Positions 1-13,639 are shown, numbered from the stretch's first letter. The stretch: 55,123 bases of DNA from Octopus bimaculoides (GCF_001194135.2 NC_068990.1:39637319-39692441); one strand, 5' to 3'. Translations and numbers: made by a program. The notes: generated by a model from the sequence alone, not told the origin.

Positions 1-89
1 CATTATGGCTTGAAGATGAGGAAGTTAGTTGCTCCACTGACATGACCATTATATGTAAATATATAAGTACATACATATATATGTATGTG

Positions 90-131
<42 letters not shown>

Positions 132-539
132 AAATACAAAAATATATTTATGTATACCACATGTAGTTATTTACTTATACACATACAAACACACTCCCGT
201 ACACACACACAGGCTCACATAATTTTAAGCTCACCCACACAAATGTACACTCCACATGCACATATACACTCACACACATGTGTTTGTGCACCCCAGTTCA
301 GCCAGGTCACTGTTAGCTTCCCTGCCATCAACCTTTTCCTTCCGGTCATTTCAGCATGTGGAGCCATAAATCCCAACAATTTTGTTTGTATTTTTTCTCT
401 CTATTTCTCCATTTCTTTTTCTCTCATCCTTTTCTATCGAAGAGCATAGGCTCAAAACATCAAAAACCTGTTTGTTGCTCCCTAACCTGTGTCTGTCTTT
501 TGTTTTCTGTACATTTGAAACATAACAGTTTAGGTTGGC

Positions 540-660
540 TTTCGAAGCTTCATATTGTTGTTAAGTGCTCAAAATGAGGAGTAGATGGACAACCAACAAA
601 TGATGAAGGGTCGTTCTTTATGTTAATTGTCTTGTTTTCTATTTGTTTCTTTCGTTGTTC
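540..660 (+). repeat. Dispersed repeat; second copy at ~37220-37330
   Basis: atattgttgttaa(g/a)tgct..caaccaacaa(a/c)tgatgaagggtcgttcttt is shared by both loci. Confidence 0.7.
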
Positions 661-754
661 TCATACCCAAGTGTGTCATAGTATTTCATGTTGTTTATGT
701 TTTGTGATGTTCTGTACCCATATATGCATATATATATATACATACATATAATAC

Positions 755-789
<35 letters not shown>

Positions 790-1429
790 CCTATATATGT
801 ATCTATGTACAAATATGTATGTATATATGCATATAAATATATATCTTGCATATGTATATATAAATTTTATCTTTCACTTGTTTCAGTCGCTGGACTGCAG
901 CCATGCAGGGGCACAGTGTGCGTGTGTTGTGCATATGTGTGTGTGTGTAAGCTATAGAGTAGATTTGCAAATGGCAACTTTAGCTATTTCTCTGAAGATT
1001 AAAAAAGTGACAAACAGCCTTAACTGATTTTTTAACCTTATTGTGTTCTTATCAGTGATGTTTCCAACAATTTGACCAAACCCAGAGAAACTAATCTGTT
1101 TATATACTCAACAAATCCACTAACTACAGTGAATTGGAGCAACTAATTTGCATACCATAAATGTTTAACAATTTATTTACTATTGGGTGCCTGTCAACAG
1201 GGATCTCCGCTCACATAGTTTCAAAGTATGATGTTATCTATTTGCCAAAGGAGTAGCTTTTGTAATGAATATTAATCAGCAAACTCAGCCTAACTTGGAT
1301 GTGCTGTTTATCTCGTAGATTGTGGTGAATATCCAGAAAAATAATTTTGTGTAGACAACAAATGCTAAGATACATTGAATTCTATCAGTTGACGAAATTA
1401 CAATGAAATGATTTTTCAGCATGGCCACT

Positions 1430-2160
1430 GCTGTCTATGGAGTTGTAAACAACACAATCATGTTAGGTTGGATGTGCAAATTGATTTTCATTATAAAGCT
1501 ACTTCACTAATAGCTAATTTACTCACAGCCTGCCGGCTTTCCACGACATCATTGACTGTTTGGCCAATAGTATTCTATCAGCTTGACTGATTTTTCAGTC
1601 TGACACTCAGAACATAGCAAGCTGCCACTGATGATCTGCAATACGGTGAAATCACATGATATGGTAATGCCATCCACTGGTATTGCTGAAATTTCGTCGA
1701 CTGATAAAATTTTGATGCTTTTTTAGCATTTGTTGTGTACAAGAAATTATTTTTTGGTATGTTTACCACAGCCTATGGAGTTATAAACAACACATTCATG
1801 TTAGCTTGGATGCGTTAATTGTTATTCATTACAAAAGCTGTTTCTGTTGCTGATAGCTAATTTAAATGCAGCCCACAAGCTTTTCAGAACATCACTGGTT
1901 TTTTGGCCAGTATTGCCCTATATTGGTTTGACTGATTTTGTGTTTCGTATTTGGTGCTTGGCATGCTGTTGCAGCTGCTGATTTGCAATACAGTGAAATC
2001 ACTAATATAGTAGTGCCATCAACCAGTACTGACAAAACTTTTTTAATCAATAGAATTTGAATGCTCCATAACATTTGTCTTCAACACAAAATGATTTTTG
2101 GACATTCATTGCAGTATAGTGTCACAAGACATCCAATTTAGGTTGGATGTGCTAATTAAT
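1430..2160. repeat. Diverged tandem repeat, ~338-bp period
   Basis: ttag(g/c)ttggatg(t)g recurs at 1463, 1801 and 2138; intervening sequence aligns loosely. Confidence 0.75.
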
Positions 2161-2183
2161 ATATATATATATATATATATATA

Positions 2184-2710
2184 NNNNNNNNNNNNNNNNN
2201 NNNNNNNNNNNNNNNNNNNNNNNNNNNNNNNNNNNNNNNNNNNNNNNNNNNNNNNNNNNNNNNNNNNNNNNNNNNNNNNNNNNNNNNNNNNNNNNNNNNN
2301 NNNNNNNNNNNNNNNNNNNNNNNNNNNNNNNNNNNNNNNNNNNNNNNNNNNNNNNNNNNNNNNNNNNNNNNNNNNNNNNNNNNNNNNNNNNNNNNNNNNN
2401 NNNNNNNNNNNNNNNNNNNNNNNNNNNNNNNNNNNNNNNNNNNNNNNNNNNNNNNNNNNNNNNNNNNNNNNNNNNNNNNNNNNNNNNNNNNNNNNNNNNN
2501 NNNNNNNNNNNNNNNNNNNNNNNNNNNNNNNNNNNNNNNNNNNNNNNNNNNNNNNNNNNNNNNNNNNNNNNNNNNNNNNNNNNNNNNNNNNNNNNNNNNN
2601 NNNNNNNNNNNNNNNNNNNNNNNNNNNNNNNNNNNNNNNNNNNNNNNNNNNNNNNNNNNNNNNNNNNNNNNNNNNNNNNNNNNNNNNNNNNNNNNNNNNN
2701 NNNNNNNNNN
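2184..2710. other. Assembly gap (other gaps: 10575-11542, 14051-14060, 18413-18657, 24909-25372, 37507-37611, 51853-51862)
   Basis: N runs, nearly all bounded by (TA)n or other simple repeats. Confidence 1.
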
Positions 2711-3232
2711 AGTGCTCAATTATCTTGAGATCACTTTGCGATTGTAGTAATATCCGTGAAACGATCGTAAGATATTTTATTCTTTTAACTTTAGGTTTCT
2801 TTATATTTTATATTTTAGAATTTATAATATTCATGCTTATTTACACATAAATTTTTATACGCATATATTTTTAAACATATATTTATCTATTTTTAGACTT
2901 TTATATATGTATCGATATTTATATTCCGTATTTTTATTTTTATGTTTTAAACTTTTAAATTTATTATGCTACAATGTTATGTTGGATATATATCTTTTGA
3001 AATACTAAATATTGATTTCCTAAATATATTATTGATGAATTAAAATATATATATATCAGATCACCATTTTAACATCCACTTTCAGCTGAGAATTTCTAGA
3101 ATGCAACACTTACTCAGCCATATGTTATTATAAGGTAAAGTGAAAAGGTGAGTAGATGTAGGGATGAACTTGCTTAAAAATGTCACCTGAAAAGATATGG
3201 CATCATGCACCTGCTTACTGGTTCAGACGAGA

Positions 3233-3430
3233 TCAAGAGAACTTATAGTCAAAGAAGTTCCAATCATGATTATGCCATTTTGCTGTTACTTTATCAAGTA
3301 TTTCCTTATGGAATGTATCTTCATTTTCCATTTTGCACTGTTGCTTTTTTTTAAAGATGGTTGAATGAGATTTTGCAACAGATGTGACTGTTATTTTAGT
3401 AGATTGAGTAACTCCATAAAGGCTCATTCT
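3233..3430 (-). mobile_element. Possible decayed AP-endonuclease fragment of a LINE
   Basis: MSLYGVTQSTKITVTSVAKSHST..EDTFHKEILDKVTAKWHNHD loosely resembles RIMSL..ITVISVYAPT..KDxFYExLxxVxxKxPKHD. Confidence 0.35.
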
Positions 3431-3509
3431 TTAATTCTGTGGTTGACTTCTGTTGAGAAAACGTTTTTCATCTGAACTCTTTCACAATGAGTTTTATTAT
3501 TTTTTTATG

Positions 3510-3816
3510 CACCCTTTTAAAGCCTAGCCAGGCTCATGGGCCCGGTTTCCTGGTTCTATGGTGTATGTGTTCACCCCCACCACCACTAGCTGGACGGGAC
3601 GCCAGGCCATCGCAGCTTTACTCAAGAAACAAGAAGAAAGAGTGAGAGAAAGTTGGGGCAAAAGAGTACAACAGGGGTAGCCACCACCCCCTGCCGGAGC
3701 CTCGTGGAGCTTTAGGTGTTTTCGCTCAATAAACACACAACGCCTGATCTGGAAATCGAAACCACAATCCTCCGACCGCGAGTCTGCTGCTCTAACTACT
3801 GGGCCATTGTGCTTCC
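3510..3816 (-). mobile_element. OR-type SINE with the same 5' head but a different 3' tail
   Basis: About 3630-3816 is homologous to 47500-47680 (gagtgagagaaagtt..ctcgtggagctttaggtgttttcgctcaat..); 3510-3625 is unrelated to the tail of those copies. Confidence 0.85.
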
Positions 3817-5177
3817 CTTTGACAATGAGTGCAGTACACAAGTCAGTAAGGGCAGAGGCAGGACATTGTGAGACTCTACCATATTCTAAGTGGTAGCCTG
3901 GTTAAAATGCTTTGAACAGAGCAAACCATAGCTTATTCTCATCTATCAATTAGCCAGGTTAAATAGTGATCAGACATGGTGTTAGATCTATGTCCATTCC
4001 GAGGGCCAAAATATTTCATGATAGTAGAAGTAACAGAGATCTCAGTGACCTTTTTTCAAGTATACGTATGCACGATATATATTGTTGTCCAAAGGGTTTC
4101 CTCTCAGTTAGAGAAGAGTACAACTGGCAGCTGACCATCTATTCAAAAGTGTTTACTTTATGTTTTTATGTGCTTGTGCATGTGTTTTTGTGTCTGTCTG
4201 TGTGATTGATTTTGATTGTACATTTCCCCACCACCAAAAAAAGCTGTTCCCAACACACACATACACACACACACACAATATATATTCACAATGTGTGTGT
4301 GCATATGTGTGTGTGTGTGAGTGTGTGCACATGTCACTACATATATTTTCTATTTTAATTTTCACCATAACTCTATTATTGCCAGTCATGTTTATCTCAC
4401 CATGAAATTATTGACCCCCCCCCAACCCTCACACTCACCTGCTCTCTATAGACCACCAATACCACTTCCTTCTCCTACACAACCTTCACCTCCAGCCCTC
4501 CGTTATATGACCAACACCACTCTCACCATACAACCACCACCACTACTGTGCAAGCACAACCACCACCAAGCCCTCCCTATATGACCAACACCACTCTCAT
4601 TACACAAACACTATCACTTCCTCCGCAAATCCACCACCACTGCCCTTCCATAGCCACCACTATCCCCTCCTACACAGCTATCAATTTCAACAACCCCCGA
4701 CCCCTCCACTTTTGCAATTTTTTTCATTTTTTTTTCTTGTCTTGTCTCTATTGTTATTGTTGCTTATTGTTGTTGTTGTTGTTGATGTAATAAACAAAAA
4801 GATAACACAAACATCAGAGGAAAACCATATAAAAACATAATAATTAAACAAGAAAACAATAAAATTTAAAACAAAAAAATAAATAAATAAGGACTTTAAT
4901 TTAATTTTGGATTAAATAAACTGATGCTGGAAATGTTCAATATTACACCAAGGGGTAGGGAACAGAAGCAGCAGTGGCATCAGCAGTAGCAACAGTAGCA
5001 GCAGCAACAACAACAAAAGAAGCAGTAACAGCCGCAGTAGTAACAATAACATCATCATCAGCAGCAACAGAAGAAACAGAAACAGCAACAATAGGAATAA
5101 CGGCAGCAGCAGCAACGCCAGCAGCAAAAATATCAGCAGCAGCAGAAACATCAGCAACAGGACAGTAACCCTTGATG

Positions 5178-5340
5178 CCAGCATGGGTTTGGGTTAAGAA
5201 GTGAATGTCCTAACTATATGGTTTTGGGTTCAATTTCTCTGTAGAGCACCTTGGGTGAGTGTCTTCTAGAATTACCTTGGAGAAGTGGGAATCTAGATGA
5301 AATATGGTAGACGGAAACTTTGTGGAAGCCTGAAAAACAG
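5178..5340 (+). mobile_element. SINE family B 5' half, decayed (a similar fragment lies at ~19920-20065)
   Basis: gggttcaatttctctgtagagcaccttgggtgagtgtcttctag..tggtagacggaaact. Confidence 0.55.
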
Positions 5341-5387
5341 GATGCTTCCATTATTGAATTGTAGATTTAATTTTTAGCTCAATTCAC

Positions 5388-5810
5388 ATGGCTCAGGAGT
5401 TAGAACATTGGGCTCACAATCATGAGGTGGTGAGTTCAATTCCCAGACTGGGTTGTGTGTTGTGTTCTTGAGTAAGGCACTTTATTTCATATTGCTCCAG
5501 TTCATATTGCTCCTGTTCACTCAGCTGTAGAAACTGAGTTCACTGGTGCCTAATTGTATCAGCCTTTGCCTTTTCCTTAGAAAACATTAGTGGTATGGAG
5601 AGGGGAGACTGGTATGCATGGGTGACTACTGGTCTGCCGTAAACAATTTTGCCCAGACTTGTGCCTCAGAAGGTGCAAACCCATAGTCATTGATGACCGA
5701 AGGGAGTCCTTTATAACATCATCAATACTTGGCCCTTGAATGTGTCTAGAGGAGTTTGAGAGGGGAAGGTGGATTCTGTGTATGAACAGATACATCAGCA
5801 TTTAGAGAGA
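5388..5810 (+). mobile_element. tRNA-headed SINE family C
   Basis: atggctcaggagttagaac..gagttcaattccc (A/B boxes), followed by ttcttgagtaaggcactttatttcatattgctccagttca. Confidence 0.8.
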
Positions 5811-5855
5811 AGTTATTATATAAAGTGTAACCTGTACAGCAGAGAAAGGTTTGAG

Positions 5856-6020
5856 CAGTGACATAGCTGGAGTTGGTGCTACTCAGGGTAGCCCTTGTGT
5901 TTATTCACATTCCATTCTGGGCCCCACCCAAGCTTATACTGCCATATGTAGCAGACCCAAAAGTGCTATCCCAATAAGAACATTGCATGGGGTAGACTAA
6001 CTTTCCTAGCTATGCTACTG
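5856..6020. mobile_element. Possible 165-bp MITE with imperfect TIRs
   Basis: Left end cagtgacatagctgg versus reverse complement of the right end cagtagcatagctagg. No clear TSD. Confidence 0.4.
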
Positions 6021-6252
6021 GTAGAAGAAGAAATAGGAGGGGAACAGGATGTGAGGGTTTTATACCATTACTCAAATTTTTGTGTAGATGAGGAAGAATT
6101 GTTGAGTAGATTTATTTTTGCTCTTTTTTATGAATGTTTTTATATATGTATTTTTAAATATATTTTAGATAGTTTGGATGTAAGGAAATAAAATTCAAGT
6201 GTTGTTACTAACAGCTGTGTTGATCTGAGTAGAAAGGTCAGCTGAGAATCAG

Positions 6253-6499
6253 GCGAATAAAGGCGGCGAGCTGGCAGAAACGTTAGCACGCCGGGTGAAA
6301 TGCTTACCAGTATTTCATCTGCTGTTACGCTCTGAGTTCAAATTCTGCTGAGGTCGACTTTGCCTTTCATCCTTTCGGGGTCGATAAATTAAGTACCAGT
6401 TACGCACCAGGGTCGAGCTAATCAACTTAATCCTTTTGTCTGTCTTTCTTTGTCCCCTCTATGTTTAGCCCCTTGTGGGAAATAAAGAAATAAGAAAGC
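6253..6499 (+). mobile_element. tRNA-headed SINE family A, full length, 15-bp TSD
   Basis: Head ggcggcgagctggcagaaacgttagc..gagttcaaattc (Pol III A/B-box-like). TSD tcagctgagaatcag at 6238-6252 and 6500-6514. Confidence 0.9.
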
Positions 6500-7153
6500 T
6501 CAGCTGAGAATCAGTAGATTTGGGTGGGTAGCTCAAGATTCTGAGGTTGAGAAGGGTCATTAGATTTGAAGAAGATACAAAATTATGCCCCAGCTTGAGG
6601 TGTGCCATATGGTTTAGGGTTTCATTTATTATTTCAGACTCAGGGTCAGCCCTAATCAAGAAGACTTCTAGTCAAATTTGTCCAGCTATACACTCAGTCC
6701 TGACACTTTATAACTATTGTAAGCAATTGGGCCAAGTCTTTAGTATACGGTTTAACTTTCTTCCTGACTCCCTGTTATCTTAAAGACATTGGAGTGCCAT
6801 GGGTACTGCACCCTCACCACTAATTGAGCAATGAAAAATCCTCAAAATAAGCTGTAACCTTAGCAACAACATTAACAGTGACAACAACAGTAAAAGTACC
6901 AGTAACAACAATAGTGACAACAGAAACAGCAGTAATAACAACGGTAACAAAAGATGTAACAACAGTCACGGTGAAAAGAACAAGAAAAAGGAACGAAAAA
7001 GAAAAGCATTTAAATATAAAACAAAACTATAAATACAACAACTACAACAACTGCAAGAACAAAATAAACATTTCACAAGAATAAAGTCAAGAACAATACA
7101 TAGACATCAAAAAGAATAACAAGAGAATGAAAGTATATACAGGCATATATATA

Positions 7154-7199
<46 letters not shown>

Positions 7200-8319
7200 T
7201 GTATGTATGTGTGTCTATGTGTGTATCTATATATTCATATACATGTGTGGGTGTATGTGTGTGTATCTGAGTGTGAATGTGTGTGTGTGTGTGTAGATAT
7301 ATATATCAAACATATTTATTAGACACACACACTCCTGCATAAAAATAAGAGATCAAGCACTCTAACAACAAAAATTAAAATCAATAAAAATGTTATGGAA
7401 AAATATAAATCAATAAATATAAAAGATAAAAGACAAAATATATAAAGTATAAAAATATGAAATAATAAGAGAAAATATATTAAAATATATATATATAAAA
7501 AAAAGTAAAATAAAATATTCACTATATAAAGATATATAAAATATAAAAAAATAAAATAAATATTTAAAAAAATATAAATCGTAAAATTAAAATATAAACT
7601 AGATAAATGAAAAAGAATATATATGAAATACAAAACAGAAAAATAAAATCATATATAATAAAAAGAAAATATATACAATAATTAACAACTACAATTATTG
7701 CAATAACAATTGAAATGACAACAATAACAATGACAACAATATGAAAGGGAAAAAAAAGTGTTTTCCTTCCCTTTATTTGTTCCCCTTCCCTCCATGTTTT
7801 ATTTAAAATTTCCTTTTTCTGTTTTTCAATTGAGTGCATTGAATAACAGCAGTGTGTGCAGGACAGAACAGTCGGTGCACATTTAATTAACATGCAAGTT
7901 TTAATGCAACACTAAATAAAAGGAAACGTACAAAATTGTGGTGCCGCACTCAAATCTACAAAAGGATCTGAGGCAGTTCCATGTTGCAATGGGCTGGTCT
8001 GTACATGTTGTTGTTGTTGTTTGCTGTGATGGGATGAAGGTGTTGTGATGTAGCATGGGTATAATAGTGTGGTCTATGTGATGTGGTGAGGCAAAGTGTG
8101 ATGTCAGGATGTTGTGGGGGTGTTGTGAGGTGTGTGTATGTGTGTATGTGATGTATTGTAGTGCAGGGTGATGTTTATGGTGTAGCTTAGCTGACTGTAG
8201 AATAGTATGATGCTGTGAGATGCAGTATGGTGTGTTAGGGTTGCATACATATACAGTGGGGCATGGAATATGTAATGTGGTGCAATATGGTGTGGGATGT
8301 AGTTTGGTATGCTGTCATA

Positions 8320-8460
8320 TTGGGACTGGCACTTTGTTGGTTATACTGGCAAGGGTTCCACTTGATCCACTGAATGGAACAGCCTGCTCATGAAATTAAC
8401 ATGTAAGTGGCTGAGCATTCCACAGACATGTGTACTGTTAATGTAGTTCTCAGGGAGACA
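8320..8460 (-). mobile_element. 3' fragment of the OR-type SINE
   Basis: gggttccacttgatccactgaatggaacagcctgctcatgaaattaacatg..cacagacatgtgtac matches ~47325-47430. Confidence 0.7.
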
Positions 8461-8869
8461 CATAATCATCATCATCATCATCCAATGTTTTAAATTTGGG
8501 TTTTGTCCCCATTAACAGGCATGGCTGGTTCTACCTTAGCGCCATAGCAACCGAGGCAGGCAGGTGCAGCCCACCCCAACCTTTGGGCTGGTTGGTGTTC
8601 ATTCTCCCTTGCTATCATGAGGTTTTTTTGGTGCTGGGTTTTCGACGAAGGGCATGCCCTTGCTTACCTCTAACCTCAGTTTCTAGACATGAGTGGTCCC
8701 AAGACCAAGGCCTCTACCATGGTTTTTAAGAAATGTGGTGGAGAACTAACTCAAGAAGGCAGGAACAGTACTCCCTGAGACCCCTTTCAGAGCCCTCCTA
8801 CCTAATGTGAAAAAGCTGGCCTTTTGAATTACAGCTGCTGAGACACCCTTCAGTCATGACTGACCATGG

Positions 8870-9160
8870 GATTGCACCTAGAATGTTACCCTCCCAGGAC
8901 AAGTCCAGGCAAGGTTGTTTATGAAAGACCAGCCGTCACCCATGCATACCGGCCTCCCCTCTCCACGCCACCAGTGTTATCCAAGGGAAAGCAAAGGCCG
9001 ATACAGCTTGGCACCTGTGATGGCGCAACGCATTTCTATAGCTGAGTGAACTGGAGCAACTTGAAATAAAGTGTCTTGCTCAAGAACACAACACACAGCC
9101 CAGTCTGGGATTCAAAGTCACAACTTCACAATCATAAGCTTGACGCTCTAACCATTTACA
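8870..9160 (-). mobile_element. SINE family C (a second partial head lies at ~9380-9510)
   Basis: gctgagtgaactggagcaacttgaaataaagtgtcttgctcaagaacaca.., the reverse complement of the 5388 copy. Confidence 0.8.
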
Positions 9161-9604
9161 GCTAACCAATTACAGCTACAACATGCATATATACACACAT
9201 AACTGGCACTCTGTCAGTTATGCCAATGAGGGCTTCCAGTTCATCTGATCAATGAAACAGCTTACTCATAAAATAAACATGAGCACTCCATAGATATCTT
9301 TTTTTCTTAGCCTAGTTCTCAGGAAGATTGAGCACAACACAAAATGTGACAAGGCTGAGTCTTTGAAATATAGGTCCAGCTTATTTTTGCCAGATGAGTA
9401 GACTGGAGCAATGTGAAATAAAGTGTCTTGCTCAAGAAGACAATGTGCTACAGGGAATCGAAATCACAATCTTACAATCGTAAGTCAAATGCTGTAACCA
9501 CCAAGCCACATTCCATGTAGTATGGTGTACTGTGGTGCTGTGGGATGTGGTGTGACATAATGTTGTGAGTTGTGTAAGAGTATAATGTTATGTAATATAG
9601 TATA

Positions 9605-9998
9605 TTCTTTTATTTTTGAATTTGTTTTAGTCATTTGACTGTGGCTATGCTGGAGCACCGCCTTTAGCCGAACAATCAACCCCAGGACTTATTCTTTGTA
9701 AACCTAGTACTTATTCTATCGGTCTCTTTTGCCAAACTGCTAAGTTACCGGGACATAAACAGACCAACATCAGTTGTTGAGCGATGGTGAGGGGACAAAC
9801 ACAGACACACAAACACACACACATACATTTATATACGACGGGCTTCTTTCAGTTTCCGTCTGCCAAATCCACTCACAAGGCTTTGGTTGGCCTGAGGCTA
9901 TAGTAGAAGACACTTGCCCAAGGTGCCACACAGTGGGACTGAACCCAGGAACATGTGGCTGGTAAGCAAGCTACTTACCACACAGCCACTCCTGTGCC
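9605..9998 (-). mobile_element. tRNA-headed SINE family B with an internal (CA)n/(TA)n tract
   Basis: Minus-strand head ggcacaggagtggctgtgtggtaagtagc..gggttcagtccc, CORE-like ccttgggcaagtgtcttctac, tail ..ggtgctccagcatagccacagtcaaatgactaaaaca. Confidence 0.85.
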
Positions 9999-10514
9999 TA
10001 ATATAATTCAGTGGAGTATGGCACAGTTGGACATGATGTGATTTGGTGTGATGCTATTAGAATGTCCTGGAACAAATGGTCTGATGCCAGGTGATGTGTC
10101 GTGTGTTGCTGTTGTTGTTGTTGAATGACAGTGATGATGATGATATGGAGGAGAAGGTGGAGGAGAAGGAGAAGAAGGAAGGGGAAGGGGTAGATAATGA
10201 TGTTCTTCTCAGTGATGTTGATAGTGTTTGTGATAGTGATGATGATTGTGGTCAACAGGATGTTGTTGTTGCTGCTGTTGTTGGTGGTGGTAGTTGTGGT
10301 GGTGACGGTGGTGGTAGTGATGGTGGTGGTGGTGGTGAGGCTACTGCTGATGGTGAGAGTGATGGTGTTGGTGATGATGTTAGTATGAATCATAATGGTA
10401 AGGATAATAAGGATATCATTAGTGTGTGTGTATGTATGAGTGTCTTGTATGTCTGTAAGTGTGTATGTATGGAAATATGTATGCATATATGTGTGTATAT
10501 ATATTATGTATATA

Positions 10515-10574
<60 letters not shown>

Positions 10575-11542
10575 NNNNNNNNNNNNNNNNNNNNNNNNNN
10601 NNNNNNNNNNNNNNNNNNNNNNNNNNNNNNNNNNNNNNNNNNNNNNNNNNNNNNNNNNNNNNNNNNNNNNNNNNNNNNNNNNNNNNNNNNNNNNNNNNNN
10701 NNNNNNNNNNNNNNNNNNNNNNNNNNNNNNNNNNNNNNNNNNNNNNNNNNNNNNNNNNNNNNNNNNNNNNNNNNNNNNNNNNNNNNNNNNNNNNNNNNNN
10801 NNNNNNNNNNNNNNNNNNNNNNNNNNNNNNNNNNNNNNNNNNNNNNNNNNNNNNNNNNNNNNNNNNNNNNNNNNNNNNNNNNNNNNNNNNNNNNNNNNNN
10901 NNNNNNNNNNNNNNNNNNNNNNNNNNNNNNNNNNNNNNNNNNNNNNNNNNNNNNNNNNNNNNNNNNNNNNNNNNNNNNNNNNNNNNNNNNNNNNNNNNNN
11001 NNNNNNNNNNNNNNNNNNNNNNNNNNNNNNNNNNNNNNNNNNNNNNNNNNNNNNNNNNNNNNNNNNNNNNNNNNNNNNNNNNNNNNNNNNNNNNNNNNNN
11101 NNNNNNNNNNNNNNNNNNNNNNNNNNNNNNNNNNNNNNNNNNNNNNNNNNNNNNNNNNNNNNNNNNNNNNNNNNNNNNNNNNNNNNNNNNNNNNNNNNNN
11201 NNNNNNNNNNNNNNNNNNNNNNNNNNNNNNNNNNNNNNNNNNNNNNNNNNNNNNNNNNNNNNNNNNNNNNNNNNNNNNNNNNNNNNNNNNNNNNNNNNNN
11301 NNNNNNNNNNNNNNNNNNNNNNNNNNNNNNNNNNNNNNNNNNNNNNNNNNNNNNNNNNNNNNNNNNNNNNNNNNNNNNNNNNNNNNNNNNNNNNNNNNNN
11401 NNNNNNNNNNNNNNNNNNNNNNNNNNNNNNNNNNNNNNNNNNNNNNNNNNNNNNNNNNNNNNNNNNNNNNNNNNNNNNNNNNNNNNNNNNNNNNNNNNNN
11501 NNNNNNNNNNNNNNNNNNNNNNNNNNNNNNNNNNNNNNNNNN

Positions 11543-11626
<84 letters not shown>

Positions 11627-12840
11627 TAAAAATATATAAATATAAGAAAAGAGAAAAGATATACACACACACAAATATATGCATGTGTATAAATATAAAG
11701 ATATATGTGGCATGAAACTACTAGTAGCTCTTTTGGTTGTATATTTAAATTGATATATAGATGTGTGTGTGTATTTAGATATGTGTGTGTGTGCGTACGT
11801 GTATGTGCATGTGTGTGTGTTGTGTGTGTGTGTGTGGACAAATACATACATATGGTTCTTAGTGGTGTTTGTGGTACAAAAATATCTCAGTAATTAATTT
11901 TATTCGTTACATGACAAAAATAATTTTATATTTCTATCTGAATATTTGTTAAAATATCATATTTTAAATTTACACATTTATCTGCTCTGCCACACCCAAC
12001 ACTCCCCTCTACGCCCCCCCCCGTCCACTGCTGCCATTCTTCTCCTCTTTTTGTCTTTTTTTTTTTAAATTAAAAAATTCTTTTTAGTTTTTTACTAATT
12101 TATTTCTTGGTAATTTATATTTTAACTTTTATATTTGAAATAAAATCAACAAAAGTTTATTTTCAAAAGTCAAATAAACCAGTAGTGGTTGCGGTTTTGT
12201 TGGTGGTGTCGGTGGTGTTGGCGACAGTGGCAGTGGTGGTTATAGTGACAGTGGTGGTTATAGTGGTAGTGGTGGTATTGATGGCGGCAGCGGCGGCGGC
12301 GGTCAAAGTTGTGGTAGTAGTGGTTCTGCTGGTGCTGGAGAAGGATATCATAGTGGTAGAAAAAGCACTAGACAGTGTTGTGGTGGTGTGGTGGTGGTGG
12401 AAGTGATGGTGGTGGTGGATGTTGCAGTGGTAATGGTGGTGGTGGATTATGCTAGCGATAGTGGAGGATATGCGGTGGCATGGTGATGAAGATGAGGATG
12501 ATGATAGTTGTGATTGCGGTGGTAGTGGCGGTGGTGGTGATGGTGGGTAATGTTGGTGGCGGTGGTAGTGATGGTGGCAATGATAATGGTTCTGTGCTAG
12601 TGCAATGGTAGTGGTGGCAGTGGAGGAGGATGCAGCAGTAACAGTGAGGGTGGTGGTGGTGGTGGTGGTGATGACGGTGATAGTAATAGGGGCTACATTG
12701 ATGATGATGATGATTTTTACACCTTTGTTTATCGCTAATCAAGCACATCTGTGCTTCACATGCCTCACAGCAACCATCCAATGCAATATACTTCATATTT
12801 TAGGTTTTAAAGAACAACTCTCAAGTACTGTCACTGATGG

Positions 12841-12879
<39 letters not shown>

Positions 12880-13639
12880 CGACGACAATGGCAGCCGTGG
12901 TAGCAGTGGTAATAACAGTCATGACAGTGGCAGCAGCTCCAGTGAAGATGATAGTGGTGAAGGTGGCTGAAGAGGTGGTGGTAGAGGCAGCGGCAGCAGT
13001 GGTGGTGGAAGCAGTAGAGGCAGATGCTGTGGAGGAGGTGGCAGGCATGGAAGAGGCAGAAGAGACTGAGAGGCAGTGGAGGCAGCAGTAGCAGAGACAG
13101 TGGCAGAGGATGTGGCAGCAGCAGAGGCAATGGTGGAGGTGGTGGTACAGATGGTGGTGATGGCGGCAGTGGCAGCAGTTGCGACAGGAGTGGTGCCAGT
13201 GGCGGAAGTGGCAGAAGTGGTGGTAGCGGTGGCAGCAGCTGTGGAGTTAGTGGCCACAGCAACGTTGATAGTGATAGTGATGATGGCGATGATGATGATG
13301 TTACAGGGACGGTGATAGATGCTGGTTGTTATGATGACAATAATGATGAAGGTATTAGTAATAAGGACGAGAATGGTGATAATGACGATGATGATGTTGA
13401 TGAAAAGGATAATAATTAAGACAATGATGATGATTAGGATGAGGATATGAATGCTGATTTTTTCCTGTTAGTTCTCATCCATTTAATTCTATATCTGTTT
13501 TAACTTGTACTAATTATAGGTAGCTGGAGGCCACATTGGCTGGTAGTGGGGACAGACCAATACATACATACATACTTACATGCATGCATACATACATATA
13601 CAAAAACATACATATAACTATGCACCTATATATATAGGG

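Noticed and set aside
10091-11851. 400-512 aa ORFs in the ORF track (also 2098-2850, 18173-18736, 24833-25561, 37181-37792)
   Set aside because: They are open only because they run through N-gaps and (TA)n/(CA)n repeats.
12107-13419. Poly-D/V/A/G/H ORFs that look like low-complexity proteins (also 33101-33562, 35633-36116, 50247-50720, 54105-54736)
   Set aside because: Several frames on both strands are open simultaneously, as expected for trinucleotide mosaics; there is no domain content or clear splice structure.
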